Translations under genes and position numbers: made by a program
Origin: an uncultured Caldithrix sp.
Lineage (GTDB): Bacteria; Calditrichota; Calditrichia; RBG-13-44-9
Length of the DNA: 64,000 nt
Assembly (NCBI GenBank): GCA_964394475.1
Contig: CAYMXZ010000001.1
Location: 4,480-68,479 of the forward strand
Direction of reading: 5' to 3'
In this document: positions 39,741-50,025 of the stretch, one piece after another
Numbering within the stretch: position 1 is the stretch's first letter
Layout of the letters: each line of letters starts with the position of its first letter
Notes under the pieces: generated by a model
What the model was told of the DNA's origin: nothing
Seen by the model: the letters and a program-made list of their open reading frames with translations, nothing else
Database searches by the model: none

Positions 39741-40135
39741 TTTTTTATCCGGGATGAATAACTATTGTGTGCCCATTAAATCTTCAGTAAGAACTTTTAT
39801 TTATATGCTAAGAGAACAATATTTCTATTTTAGATATACCTTCATTTAACAGCGATTGGAAAGCGATATATTTTCTCAGTCTCAACGGATCAACCCGAAT
39901 TTTAAAATTTTTTTTGATTATATTTTCCAGACACTTTTTTATTTGAACTCACCGCTGATGCCATTCTGAAAATTACCCTAAAAATACTTATATTTAATGA
40001 AATTAGAAATATAAAAATTATACCACAATTTTTTCTAAAATTAGTTAACTTTATACCGTTTGATACGAATTCAGCAAAAGATATATAAAGATAAACAGCT
40101 GGATAATGAGAATTTTACGATGAGGGGTATGAACA

Positions 40136-41599
40136 ATGAGCTTGATGATTTATAACAGCCTGACGCGTCGCAAGGAAGAATTTGTTCCTCTGGTTCCTCA
40201 GCGAGTTCATATCTATGTCTGCGGACCAACAGTGTATTCTCACGCCCATATTGGTCATGCCAAAAGTTATCTCAGTTTTGATGCCATCGTTCGTTACCTT
40301 CGTTACCGCGGTTATAAAGTGAAATATGTTCAGAATATCACCGATGTCGGTCATCTGACCGATGATGCGGATGCGGGGGAGGATAAGATTTTGAAAAAGG
40401 CTCGTGAGGAAAAATTAGATCCGATGGAAGTGGCTGAATATTTTGCCTGGAGTTATTTCGATGATATGCAAAAGTTAGGAATCCTGAGGGCAAATATTCA
40501 CCCCCGCGCTACCGGTCATATAATTGAACAAATAGAATTAATAAAAAAATTGCTGGCCGGGGGATATGCTTATGAAGTGAATGGGAATGTGTATTATGAT
40601 GTGTCACGATTTGCTGATTATGGGAAACTGAGTGGTCGCAAAGTGGAAGAAATGGAAGCAGGTGCCCGGGTGGAGATTAATCCGGAAAAGCGGCACCCAG
40701 CTGATTTTGCTTTATGGAAAAAAGCTGACCCTTCCCATCTAATGCGCTGGCCCAGCCCCTGGGGAGAAGGATATCCAGGTTGGCATATCGAATGTTCAGC
40801 CATGTCAATGAAATATCTGGGAGAAACTTTTGATATTCACGGTGGCGGACTGGATAACATTTTTCCGCATCATGAGTGCGAAATTGCTCAATCTGAGGCG
40901 GCGACCGGAAAACCCTTTGTTCGCTACTGGATGCATAATAATATGGTCACTGTTAACGGAAGTAAAATGAGCAAATCAACCGGTAATTTTGTGACTATAA
41001 AAGATGCTCTGCAGCAATACGATACACCCACCTTGCGCTTTTTTATCCTCAGCAGTCATTATCGCAGTCGGCTGGATTTTAGTAAGGAGGCCCTGGAATC
41101 CGCTCAGACCGGAATTGAGAAATTGCTGCTTACCGTGAAAAATCTTAAAAACCAGTTAAGTCGGGCCGCTCATCTGAAAAATTTTCATTCGCCCTTTGAG
41201 CCCCAGGCTTATCGCCGCCAATTTGAAGAAATGATGGATGATGATTTTAATACTCCTCGTGCCATGGCGGTTTTATTTGACCTTTCCCGCGAAGTAAATA
41301 CCTATCTCAATTCTCCAGGTCCTTTGCACCAGCCTTTTTTAGCGGATATTGATCAACTTTTTCAGGATACCGCCGCGGGAGTTCTGGGACTCTTGCCAGA
41401 GAATCTTGGAACGCCATCGGATACCCATTTAAAGGGTGATATTGAAAAAATTATCCAGGTGGTAATCGATATTCGCAAAAAACTGCGGGACCAGAAACAA
41501 TACCAGCTGGCTGATCAATTGCGGGCTGACCTGTCGCGAATAGGAATTATACTGGTAGACCGGCCAGAAGGAACTACCTTCGAATATAATCCGGATTAA
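40136..41599 (+). CDS. cysS: Cysteine--tRNA ligase
   Basis: The HIGH motif is ..[19 protein letters not shown].. The KMSKS motif is ..[10 protein letters not shown].. The protein is 487 aa. Confidence 0.93.
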   Translation: MSLMIYNSLTRRKEEFVPLVPQRVHIYVCGPTVYSHAHIGHAKSYLSFDAIVRYLRYRGYKVKYVQNITDVGHLTDDADAGEDKILKKAREEKLDPMEVAEYFAWSYFDDMQKLGILRANIHPRATGHIIEQIELIKKLLAGGYAYEVNGNVYYDVSRFADYGKLSGRKVEEMEAGARVEINPEKRHPADFALWKKADPSHLMRWPSPWGEGYPGWHIECSAMSMKYLGETFDIHGGGLDNIFPHHECEIAQSEAATGKPFVRYWMHNNMVTVNGSKMSKSTGNFVTIKDALQQYDTPTLRFFILSSHYRSRLDFSKEALESAQTGIEKLLLTVKNLKNQLSRAAHLKNFHSPFEPQAYRRQFEEMMDDDFNTPRAMAVLFDLSREVNTYLNSPGPLHQPFLADIDQLFQDTAAGVLGLLPENLGTPSDTHLKGDIEKIIQVVIDIRKKLRDQKQYQLADQLRADLSRIGIILVDRPEGTTFEYNPD

Positions 41600-41808
41600 T
41601 CATCGGCGGTGAATCTTTCCTTGCTCCAGATTGACCGATATTTCGACACTGAGCTGTTGAAAAACAAGTCATTCAGACCAGGGAGTTGATTTCTCTTCTC
41701 CGATTTCATCAATCTATTCTTTTGTAAAATATAAACTTACAAATATAAGTTATTTTTTCCTCATTTCAGGCACATAATTTGTAGTTATTAGAAATTGTGA
41801 AACGGCGC

Positions 41809-41875
41809 GAATGAGAGCGTTTGTAAAAAATTAGATCACAAATCATCTAATTTGCAACGCTCTCATTCTTATTTT
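41809..41875. promoter_or_regulatory. Long nested inverted repeat (13-bp + 9-bp perfect arms) followed by a T-tract, 15 nt upstream of the GGDEF gene start
   Basis: GAATGAGAGCGTT (41809-41821) pairs with AACGCTCTCATTC (41856-41868). AAATTAGAT (41828-41836) pairs with ATCTAATTT (41845-41853). The loop is CACAAATC. CTTATTTT follows. All of this is seen directly in the sequence. Confidence 0.35.
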
Positions 41876-41889
41876 AAGATATCAGCTCT

Positions 41890-43398
41890 ATGAATGAAGA
41901 ACAGATACTATCTACCTGGGCGAACAGCCCGGAGCTATTGACGCCTCCTCCTTATCTTAGGCAGGCGCTCATATTAAATTTCCGGCCGGAAAGTCAAAGC
42001 TTTGACCATGATGGATTTGTTCACTCTTTATCTGGCAAAGTTGACCAATTTTTCTCGATACTGGATGCAGCTCCCGACCTGTATGGAAAAAAATATTCTT
42101 CTCTTGATCAACTTTTACAACCGGAAAATCTGGGAATTCTCAGAAATTTGTTGCTGCTTTCCTGGTTTCAGGAAGAAAAAATTAACTATGCTCCGAGTGA
42201 TTTCAACCTGGATCGATGGAAAAAAGAAGCCTACATTTCCGCCAGCCTTTCTCAGTGTCTGGCGAAAAGACTCTCACTCAAAAATGAGGTTGATGTCTTT
42301 ACCCTGGTCTTTCTCAAGGATGTTTATCAGCTCCCGCTCTGTCGTTTTTTTCCAAAACTTTTTGAGGCTTTGATGAAAATGGATGTCCGGCAACGCCTTA
42401 AACCGGCAGAACAGGAAAAAATTCTGGGGGCTTATCCGGGTGATCTGAGTGCCTGGGTCCTGGAACGCTGGGGATTTCCAGAATCGTTTACGCTGCCTCT
42501 GAAAAAATTCTCATCGGAAGAGTCAGAGATGGTTTTAGAAAAAATTATATTCTTTTCACGGTATATCGCTGAATTTTTTCTGAATTTCGAACGTCATCTT
42601 CATTACAGTGAAGTCGAAAATTTATTTCAATTATTATTCAACCAAACCTCCCGGGAGTTTCAGGAATTACTGGTAGAAACCATTCGTTTTCTGCCCAGAC
42701 AGGCTGTCTATGCTGGTTTTCCAGAATTAGCTGACTTAACAGTCATGGAACTTCTGCAGGACCATTTGAATATTTTCGATCAAAAATTACTTGCCTATCA
42801 TGATCTGATCAATGAAGCCTTCAAAGCCCAGCGAAAAATTGCCAGGCAGACCAAAGAAATCCAGCAATTGATAACTCAGATTGATCGTCAATATATCAGA
42901 GATTTCACTACTGGTCTCTACAACCATTCATACTTTCAGGAATTTTTAGATCAAAAAATTAAAGAAGCCTGCCGGTATGAGTTTCCGTTGACTCTTATCC
43001 TGTTTGACCTGGATAATTTTCAGGCTTTCAATCGAGAAAATGGATACCACTCAGGTAATGAAATATTAAAGCAGATATCTGATATAGTAAGAAAAAATAT
43101 CCGTCAGTCAGATTTTTTTGCCCGTTTTGGAGCTGATGAGTTTGCATTGATATTGCCCTATACCGGTCTGCCGCAATCGAAATTGGTAGCAGAAAAAATC
43201 AAAGATGTCATCACCAATTATAAATTTAAAATAGCGGATCAGACCATCGATTACCCCATTACGGTCAGTATGGCCTACATTAGTATTTTACCAGATAAAT
43301 CGTATCTGCAAGATAACGAATTGGTGAATTTTGTACTAAAAGCGCTTAAACGATGTCAGCGATCGGGCGGGAATTCAGTTGTGGAAGCGTCGGCTTAA
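41890..43398 (+). CDS. GGDEF-domain protein with variant GADEF active-site motif and intact RxxD I-site; N-terminal non-catalytic domain
   Basis: The C-terminal ~170 aa has ..NGYHSGNEILKQ...RQSDFFARFGADEFALILPY.. The I-site is RQSD. The signature is G-A-D-E-F rather than GG(D/E)EF. The protein is 502 aa. Confidence 0.75.
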   Translation: MNEEQILSTWANSPELLTPPPYLRQALILNFRPESQSFDHDGFVHSLSGKVDQFFSILDAAPDLYGKKYSSLDQLLQPENLGILRNLLLLSWFQEEKINYAPSDFNLDRWKKEAYISASLSQCLAKRLSLKNEVDVFTLVFLKDVYQLPLCRFFPKLFEALMKMDVRQRLKPAEQEKILGAYPGDLSAWVLERWGFPESFTLPLKKFSSEESEMVLEKIIFFSRYIAEFFLNFERHLHYSEVENLFQLLFNQTSREFQELLVETIRFLPRQAVYAGFPELADLTVMELLQDHLNIFDQKLLAYHDLINEAFKAQRKIARQTKEIQQLITQIDRQYIRDFTTGLYNHSYFQEFLDQKIKEACRYEFPLTLILFDLDNFQAFNRENGYHSGNEILKQISDIVRKNIRQSDFFARFGADEFALILPYTGLPQSKLVAEKIKDVITNYKFKIADQTIDYPITVSMAYISILPDKSYLQDNELVNFVLKALKRCQRSGGNSVVEASA

Positions 43399-43492
43399 AG
43401 GTGGTGCCGGATAAAGTCGGTAGAATAGTTTCATCCAGAGCATACTGCTAAATAATAACAATCTCCCTTGTCTGAGAGTTACATAAAGTAAA

Positions 43493-44239
43493 TTATTTTT
43501 CTTCCAATTTCTTCTTCTCCAATTGATCAATATATTGATCGAAGGAATCGAGAATTTTATGCCACACTCGCACATCGCGCACTTCCGTGTTGGCTCTACC
43601 CAACAAGCGGCTGAAACGCAGAATAAAATTTTCCCAGCTATCAATCGGAACAAATCCGACCCGTCTCAGGCTCTTCTGTAAATGAGAGTACAAAGCTTCC
43701 AATTCCTGATGGTTAGCAAGTCGCCAGTTATATTTTTTTAGCTCACCATAGGCATGAGTAAAAAGCTCGTAACAATAAATCATAACCGCCTGCGCCAGAT
43801 TTAAAGAAGGGTGACGGGTATGAGAGGGGATGGTAGTTACGGCGTGACATAAACTCAATTCTTCATTAGTCAATCCACTCTGCTCTCTTCCAAAAACCAG
43901 AGCCACTTGATGTTCGGTAGCAATAGGGATAATTTTTTCGGCCAATTCTTTGGGATGGTAATACGGCAGATGAAAACTGCGCTGGCGTTGGGTGGTAGCG
44001 ACCACAAAGTGTTTATCTTTGATGGCCTCCGGTAACGAAGAATAGATCATTGCTTTTTTTAAAATATCTTCTGAAGCGTGGGCCATCCATTGCGCTTCGG
44101 GAGCCAGATAATCGCCGGGATTTACCAGAATGAGATGGTGAAAGCCCATGGTTTTTAAAGCCCTGGCCACGGCTCCAATATTCCCCGGGACTTTGGGTTC
44201 TACTAAAACGAAATAAATGTTTTTGACATTCAGGCGCAT
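43493..44239 (-). CDS. trmJ: tRNA (cytidine/uridine-2'-O)-methyltransferase, SpoU/TrmH family (TrmJ-like)
   Basis: The N-terminus is ..IYFVLVEPKVPGNIGAVARALKTMGF..LILVNP.. The SPOUT motifs are ..VALVFGREQSGLTNEEL.. The protein is 248 aa. Confidence 0.8.
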   Translation of the reverse strand: MRLNVKNIYFVLVEPKVPGNIGAVARALKTMGFHHLILVNPGDYLAPEAQWMAHASEDILKKAMIYSSLPEAIKDKHFVVATTQRQRSFHLPYYHPKELAEKIIPIATEHQVALVFGREQSGLTNEELSLCHAVTTIPSHTRHPSLNLAQAVMIYCYELFTHAYGELKKYNWRLANHQELEALYSHLQKSLRRVGFVPIDSWENFILRFSRLLGRANTEVRDVRVWHKILDSFDQYIDQLEKKKLEEK

Positions 44240-44524
44240 GTTCTGTTCATCAAATCAGGATATCTATCGCTTTGAATCACCGTGTCTTTTCTCAAATGAT
44301 TATGACCATCTTTTACAGGATGGTTCTGCTCTGAAAATATCGGGAACACTCGGCGTATTATAATCCCTTACCAGTTGTATTAAAAGATTTTTCTTACCGC
44401 CATTACGGGTGGTGAAAAAAAATTTTGATTACAATCCCTGCAGAAAATACTGATAGTCTGCGAATTAGAATTATTTTCGTCCCATTCATTGAGAAATCAT
44501 TCTCGAAATAAGAAAAGTGCCAGG

Positions 44525-45844
44525 TTAAGATAAATCTTTTTTTATCTCAGATACTAGTTCACTAAGTGAAACCACTCTTTGTTGACCCGTGTGCATGTTT
44601 TTAATAGACACTTGCTGGGCTTTCATTTCATCAGGTCCGGCCACAATGACCAGGGGAATGGATTTATCATTAGCCAGGCCGAATTGACCTCTTAATTTTG
44701 AATGACCAGTATAGAGTTCGGTATTTATATTAGCCTGTCGTAAAAGTTGGGCCACCTGAATGGAGTATGGCAGGGTTTGTGAGTCGAATACCGATACCAG
44801 GACTTTAATGGGTGTCTTGATTTCTGCTGGAAACATGTTCAGTTCCTCCATCACCGTCACGATTCTTTCCAGTCCAATACTGCAGCCGGTAGCTGGTTGA
44901 TCGACGCCGGAAAATAATCCGATGAGTTTATCATATCGTCCTCCACCGGTAATACTGCCGATCCTGGCTGTTTCCACCACGGTCTCGAAAATTGGACCCG
45001 TATAATAATCAAGTCCACGGGCTAAAAATAAATCGAATAGCAAAAATTTTTCAGGAATCTGGTAATTGGCTAAATAATAAAAAAGTTCTGTTACTTCATG
45101 AATTCCACGGATTCCGATTTCGCTTTTCTGGAGAGCGTGAGCGGTCTGCTGTAATTTTTCCTGATTATTCCCTGAAAAATGAAAAGTATGGAAAATCTTT
45201 TCAATCTCCTGCGAATCAATTCCGGCTTTTTGCAATTCCTGGCTTACTCCTTCTTCACCTATTTTATCCAGTTTGTCAATGGCTCTGGCGAATGCCGCTT
45301 CCTGCTGACTTGGAATTCCGGCTGCTTCGACCATACCGCTCAGAATTTTTCGGTTGTTGATGCGTATTTTAAAATCATTAAAACCAAGTTTGATCAGCAC
45401 TTCATAGATGGCGGCTAGGATTTCTGCCTCGGCCAGCATGGATGAACTACCAATAACATCAATGTCGCACTGATAAAATTCCCGGAATCTGCCTTTCTGA
45501 GGTTTATCCGCTCGCCACACGGGCTGGATTTGATATCTTTTAAAAGGTTTAGGTAAGTGCGGGTACATGGCAATCACTCGTGAGAGCGGTACCGTCAGAT
45601 CGTATCGCAATCCCACCTCGCGTTTTCCCCGGTCAAAAAAGCGGTAGGTAAGTTGATCACCCTCTTCGCCGTATTTACCAGCCAGGGTTTCCCACAATTC
45701 CAGAGTTGGCGTTTCCAGCGGTTCAAAGCCGTATTTTTCAAAGATCTCTCTTATCAGGCCAATCACATACTGGCGTTTAATCATTTGCTCAGGTAAAAAA
45801 TCGCGTGTTCCTTTATAAATGCGAGGTTCAGTTTTTTTTGTCAA
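44525..45844 (-). CDS. hisS: Histidine--tRNA ligase
   Basis: ..IYKGTRDFLPEQM.. is followed by class-II motifs and a C-terminal anticodon-binding domain. The protein is 439 aa. Confidence 0.92.
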   Translation of the reverse strand: MTKKTEPRIYKGTRDFLPEQMIKRQYVIGLIREIFEKYGFEPLETPTLELWETLAGKYGEEGDQLTYRFFDRGKREVGLRYDLTVPLSRVIAMYPHLPKPFKRYQIQPVWRADKPQKGRFREFYQCDIDVIGSSSMLAEAEILAAIYEVLIKLGFNDFKIRINNRKILSGMVEAAGIPSQQEAAFARAIDKLDKIGEEGVSQELQKAGIDSQEIEKIFHTFHFSGNNQEKLQQTAHALQKSEIGIRGIHEVTELFYYLANYQIPEKFLLFDLFLARGLDYYTGPIFETVVETARIGSITGGGRYDKLIGLFSGVDQPATGCSIGLERIVTVMEELNMFPAEIKTPIKVLVSVFDSQTLPYSIQVAQLLRQANINTELYTGHSKLRGQFGLANDKSIPLVIVAGPDEMKAQQVSIKNMHTGQQRVVSLSELVSEIKKDLS

Positions 45845-45857
45845 TTGACACTCCGCT

Positions 45858-46274
45858 TTATTTGTTGATTATCGCCCCTTCTTCTATCCAGGTCTTTATG
45901 GCTCTAATTTGCGCTTCCGGAAGCATACCTCGGTTTTTGGGCATACGAGGAATACCGAAATCATTCGCGAGTAATAATCGATAAAGCCGACTGTTTTGAG
46001 CATCGAAGGGAATGACCACCGGTCCATTAATGCTGTTGAAGGTAGGAATCATGGTTTCCAGATCAAGGCCATTGGCTGGACTGATGCTTTCATGACAACC
46101 ACTGTAGGCGCAGTTATTTAAGAAAATCGGATGAATATGTTGAATGAAACTCAGGTTAGAATCCGGATAGAAAGTCTGGTCTGGTTCAGTGCCCTGTTTG
46201 TTGCAGTTCATGCCCAGAAATATGAACACCCAAGCAAACAAAAAGAATAAAAAAATGAAAACATTTTTGGACAT
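45858..46274 (-). CDS. Small lipoprotein consisting of a PSCyt1-type ('planctomycete cytochrome c') domain with non-canonical C-x4-CH motif
   Basis: A lipobox-like N-terminus (..FLGMNCNK) is followed by ..IHPIFLNNCAYSGCHESISPANGLDLET...GPVVIPFDAQNSRLYRLL...RMPKNRGMLPEAQIRAIKTWIEEGA. This follows the PSCyt1 consensus (..Pil...C..CH.....gLrL......G..vvpG....S.L.......MPp....L...ei..l..WI..GA). CAYSGCH stands in place of CxxCH. The protein is 138 aa. Confidence 0.6.
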   Translation of the reverse strand: MSKNVFIFLFFLFAWVFIFLGMNCNKQGTEPDQTFYPDSNLSFIQHIHPIFLNNCAYSGCHESISPANGLDLETMIPTFNSINGPVVIPFDAQNSRLYRLLLANDFGIPRMPKNRGMLPEAQIRAIKTWIEEGAIINK

Positions 46275-46335
46275 ATTTATTTCGTGCGTATATTTTTTTT
46301 CAAAAATCGGACTGATAATAGAGTCCGATAAAAAA

Positions 46336-46364
46336 TTGACTGAAAATTTACAAAATTATATTGT
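46336..46364 (+). promoter_or_regulatory. Candidate sigma70-like promoter (TTGACT-17nt-TATTGT) upstream of the REC-GGDEF operon, preceded by a 6-bp-stem inverted repeat (46308-46327)
   Basis: TTGACT is at 46336-46341 and TATTGT at 46359-46364. The inverted repeat CGGACT-gataatag-AGTCCG lies 9 nt upstream. Promoter consensus for this lineage is uncertain. Confidence 0.25.
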
Positions 46365-46413
46365 ATATTTAAAGAAAATTCTCAGATCTTCACTTATCGG
46401 AAAAAAGGTTCAT

Positions 46414-47964
46414 ATGGATAAAAAAGTTTCCCGCCTAGTATCTCAGAAGATTCTTATTGTCGATGATGAGCCTGCCTTTCAAAAAATGATGGAATCCCAG
46501 CTGGAAAAAAAGAATTTTGAAGTCATTCCCTGTTTGGATAGTGAAGAAGCCATTCATGCCATTGAGGTACACTTACCCGATCTGGTACTGATGGATATTA
46601 TGATGCCCAAATTAGATGGCCTGACATTGATCCCCTTAATCCGAGAGTTGAATTTGAAATCGTATTTACCCATCATTGTGGTGACAGCCAGAAATGAGAC
46701 CCGGGATTTGGTAGAAGCATTGGAAGCAGGGGCAGATGATTATATCAGTAAACCCTTCGAATTTGTGGAGTTGTATGCCCGCATCATGAACATGTTACGT
46801 TTGAAAACCTTGCATGATTCACTCATGACCAAAACGAATGAGTTGAATGAAGCGAATATGCAAATTAATCATCTGAATCTGACCCTGGAGGAAGCGAATC
46901 GGGAGCTGAAGAAAAAAGTATATGACATGCATAACCTGTTCGAGATTAGTTTTAAAGTAATGGGAGTAACAGAAGAAGAACAATTAATCAATACAGCCTT
47001 ACTCAACGCGTTGGGAATTTTTACCGCAAAAAGTGTGATGCTTCTGCAAGTTGATCCCGATGATCATGATAATTTTGTAGTGAAGCAATCCAAGGGATTT
47101 TTAAGTGATAAAGTGTCTCAATTCAGTGTTCGTCGAGAAGACCGCCTCATCCGTTATCTGGAATTCATCAAAAAACCCTTTCAAATCAAAGATATGACCT
47201 ATGAATTTCAGAACATGATGCCAATACTGCAGGAATTAGAAATAAAGGCTATGGCTCCACTTTTTCAGGAAGGGGAAATTTTTGGCGTTTTGTGTCTGGG
47301 TCCGCCGGTATCGAATAAAGAATATTCTCCGGATGTATTGGAAATATTTGGGACGATGACCAATATGCTATCGGTGGCTTTACATAATGCCCAAAATTTC
47401 GAACAGATTAAAGCGCAATCTTATACTGATGAGATGACCGGTCTGCATAATTATCGTTATTTTACCATGCGATTACGGGAAGAAATTGCCCGAGCCAACA
47501 GGAATAACTCTTTGCTGTCATTGTTAATTCTGGATGTGGATTATTTTAAAAATTATAATGATACTCTTGGCCATCCGGCTGGTGATGAAGTTTTGCGGCA
47601 GTTAAGTACTTTGCTTAAAAAATCGGTGCGCGATAATGATATTGTGGCCCGCTATGGGGGAGAAGAATTTGCCATTATTCTACCATCTGCCGATAGAGAA
47701 GGTACCTTAAAGCTGGCTGAAAGAATTCGATTAGCCGTGGAAAAGCATCATTTCCCCAACCAGGAAATTCAACCAGGTGGAGTGCTAACAATCAGTATTG
47801 GCGTGGCCATTTTCCCGGAGGATGCGCTTACCATGGAAGATATTATTGTTGCTGCCGATCGTGCTTTATACGGAGCGAAAGCCAGCGGCCGAAACCGGGT
47901 AGTTGAATTTCAGCATATCGGAAGTCTTTCCAATAACCTAAAGCCTGAAAACAATCAGTCATGA
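46414..47964 (+). CDS. Response-regulator receiver (REC) - coiled coil - GAF-like - GGDEF diguanylate cyclase
   Basis: The REC domain is ..KILIVDDEPAF...DLVLMDIMMPKLDG.. (phospho-acceptor Asp context). The C-terminal GGDEF is ..RDNDIVARYGGEEFAIILP.. with a canonical GGEEF and an RxxD I-site. The start at 46414 avoids overlap with the upstream gene; the track ORF starts at 46189. Confidence 0.8.
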   Translation: MDKKVSRLVSQKILIVDDEPAFQKMMESQLEKKNFEVIPCLDSEEAIHAIEVHLPDLVLMDIMMPKLDGLTLIPLIRELNLKSYLPIIVVTARNETRDLVEALEAGADDYISKPFEFVELYARIMNMLRLKTLHDSLMTKTNELNEANMQINHLNLTLEEANRELKKKVYDMHNLFEISFKVMGVTEEEQLINTALLNALGIFTAKSVMLLQVDPDDHDNFVVKQSKGFLSDKVSQFSVRREDRLIRYLEFIKKPFQIKDMTYEFQNMMPILQELEIKAMAPLFQEGEIFGVLCLGPPVSNKEYSPDVLEIFGTMTNMLSVALHNAQNFEQIKAQSYTDEMTGLHNYRYFTMRLREEIARANRNNSLLSLLILDVDYFKNYNDTLGHPAGDEVLRQLSTLLKKSVRDNDIVARYGGEEFAIILPSADREGTLKLAERIRLAVEKHHFPNQEIQPGGVLTISIGVAIFPEDALTMEDIIVAADRALYGAKASGRNRVVEFQHIGSLSNNLKPENNQS

Positions 47965-49091
47965 AAATCGGAATTGTGTGTTATCCCACTTACGGCGGTA
48001 GCGGAATCGTTGCCACGGAGTTGGGTAAATATTTAGCTAAATTAGGTCATGAAGTTCATTTTGTGGCTTATGCCCTTCCTTCCCGTCTGAATGAATACTT
48101 CGATAACGTTTTTTATCATGAAGTGAAGGTTTTGGATTATCCACTATTCGAGTACCCACCTTATTCTTTAGCCTTAGCCAGCAAACTAGCAGAAATTGTT
48201 CGCTATCAAAGATTAGATCTACTTCATGCCCATTATGCTATCCCACATGCTACCTCGGCGTATCTGGCCCGGGAAATCTTAAAAAATGAATATCCTCTAA
48301 AAGTGGTTACCACTCTGCATGGTACTGATATCACTCTGGTGGGTCGAGATCCTTCTTTCATGGAGGTAACCCGTTTCAGCATTGAACAAAGCGATGGGAT
48401 TACCGCCGTATCTAATTATTTGCGAGAAAAGACGATTGAAATTTTTGGTATCAAAAAACCGATCGAAGTGATTTATAATTTTATTGAGGAACAACCTGAT
48501 CAGACCAAGAAATGCCAGGATCTGCGGCGCAGAATTGCTCCAGTGGGGGAGATCATCTTAAGTCATCTTTCTAATTTTCGGCCAGTGAAACAGGTGGAGG
48601 ATGTTATTGAAATTGTTTATCGAGTAATGCAGGTCAGACCGGCCAAGCTGATCATGATCGGAGATGGACCGGAACGTTCCAAAGCGGAAGCAAGGGCACG
48701 CGAATTGAACATTTCAGACCATGTCCATTTTTTAGGCAAGCAAGACAATATTTATCTCTTGCTCTCATCCTCAGATGTATTCTTGATGCCCAGCCGTCTT
48801 GAAAGCTTTGGTCTGGCTGCTCTGGAAGCAATGTCCTGCGGCGTTCCATGTGTGACCAGTGATGCGGGTGGACTAAAAGAGTTAGTGAAAAACGGCGTTT
48901 CCGGCTTTACCGCTCCGGTTGGGGATATTGACCGCATGGCTCAGCTGGTTTTACAAATCGTGAAAGATCAGAAAACCTGGGAAAAGATGTCCGCCCAGTG
49001 CCGGGAATATGCCTTTCAAAATTTTCATGCCAATAAAATTATTCCTCAATATTTAAATCTCTATAAAAAAGTTATCTCTGAAACAGAGTAA
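47961..49091 (+). CDS. bshA: GT4 glycosyltransferase, BshA-like (N-acetyl-alpha-D-glucosaminyl L-malate synthase type)
   Basis: [35 protein letters not shown] closely parallels the BshA N-terminus (MKIGITCYP..GGSG.VATELGK.LA..GHE.HF). The C-terminus has an E..E GT4 motif. The ATGA overlaps with the upstream gene. Confidence 0.75.
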   Translation: MKIGIVCYPTYGGSGIVATELGKYLAKLGHEVHFVAYALPSRLNEYFDNVFYHEVKVLDYPLFEYPPYSLALASKLAEIVRYQRLDLLHAHYAIPHATSAYLAREILKNEYPLKVVTTLHGTDITLVGRDPSFMEVTRFSIEQSDGITAVSNYLREKTIEIFGIKKPIEVIYNFIEEQPDQTKKCQDLRRRIAPVGEIILSHLSNFRPVKQVEDVIEIVYRVMQVRPAKLIMIGDGPERSKAEARARELNISDHVHFLGKQDNIYLLLSSSDVFLMPSRLESFGLAALEAMSCGVPCVTSDAGGLKELVKNGVSGFTAPVGDIDRMAQLVLQIVKDQKTWEKMSAQCREYAFQNFHANKIIPQYLNLYKKVISETE

Positions 49092-49849
49092 TGAGTACCC
49101 ATCTGAAATTTTTAGAGGGACTTAAACCGCCGGTACTCATCGCTCACCGCGGTTCGCAGGTGGTGAACCACTATCCCGAAAATACTTTACCGGCGTTTGA
49201 GGAAGCTTTACAGGTGGAAGCCCATGGAATTGAGTTGGATATCTGGTTAACCAGCGATGGAGAATTAGCCGTGTTCCATGATCGAAACTTAGACCGACTC
49301 ATTGGTTCTCATCAACAGATCGATCACTGCAGTTCCCACCAGCTGCAGCAATTGCGATTTACTGGATATGAAGCTAATCCTGAAATTAAAATTCCCATGT
49401 TGCACGAAGTTTTTGCCAGATTTGGGGGAAAATTATATTATAATATCGAAATCAAACACCAGACAGGCTCATATCGGAAGTTAGTCCAGCGCTTGCAAGC
49501 ACTTTTACAGGAATATGATCTGGCTTCCCGGGTTTGGTTATCCAGCTTTGATGCCCGTTTTTTACGGGAATGGATTGCAACCAATAGCCCCGTTCCCTGT
49601 GCATTATTATTTTCGAAATGGAATTGGTTCATCCGTCGGCACTGTTCTCAACCATATCCACAGATTTTACACCCGTCAGTTGCTTTGATACCGCGGCTGC
49701 CTGACCTGCTCCGCTTTTCAAAACCACTATGCTTCTGGACGGTCAATCAGGAAGAAACACTGAAAGAAATTCTTCACCCTGCCGTTTTCGGGATTATCAG
49801 CGATAACATTCCGCTCATAAAAAGATGCCTGGGGGCTTTAAAGCTGTAG
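49091..49849 (+). CDS. Glycerophosphodiester phosphodiesterase family protein
   Basis: ..LIAHRGSQVVNHYPENTLPAFEEALQVEAHGIELDIWLTSDGELAVFHD.. matches the GDPD catalytic motifs (HRG, E.D). Its start codon overlaps the bshA-like stop. Confidence 0.8.
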   Translation: MSTHLKFLEGLKPPVLIAHRGSQVVNHYPENTLPAFEEALQVEAHGIELDIWLTSDGELAVFHDRNLDRLIGSHQQIDHCSSHQLQQLRFTGYEANPEIKIPMLHEVFARFGGKLYYNIEIKHQTGSYRKLVQRLQALLQEYDLASRVWLSSFDARFLREWIATNSPVPCALLFSKWNWFIRRHCSQPYPQILHPSVALIPRLPDLLRFSKPLCFWTVNQEETLKEILHPAVFGIISDNIPLIKRCLGALKL

Positions 49850-50025
49850 TTATAAAAAATCTATTTTGTTCTTCTCAAGTGTAAAATTGAAAGGTACGGA
49901 ACATTCCTGAAAAGTGAAAGGTTAATAATTCGGTATTTTAAGAATATTACGGATTAATTGATGGATTTCCTCTCAAATTTTTATGTAAATTTTACATCAA
50001 AAATAATTGCAAGGGTGAATCTTTA

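Noticed and set aside
39741-40135. Structured leader (T-box or similar) upstream of cysS
   Set aside because: This is only an AT-rich divergent promoter region. There is no specifier/T-box-like conserved block, and T-boxes are not expected in this lineage.
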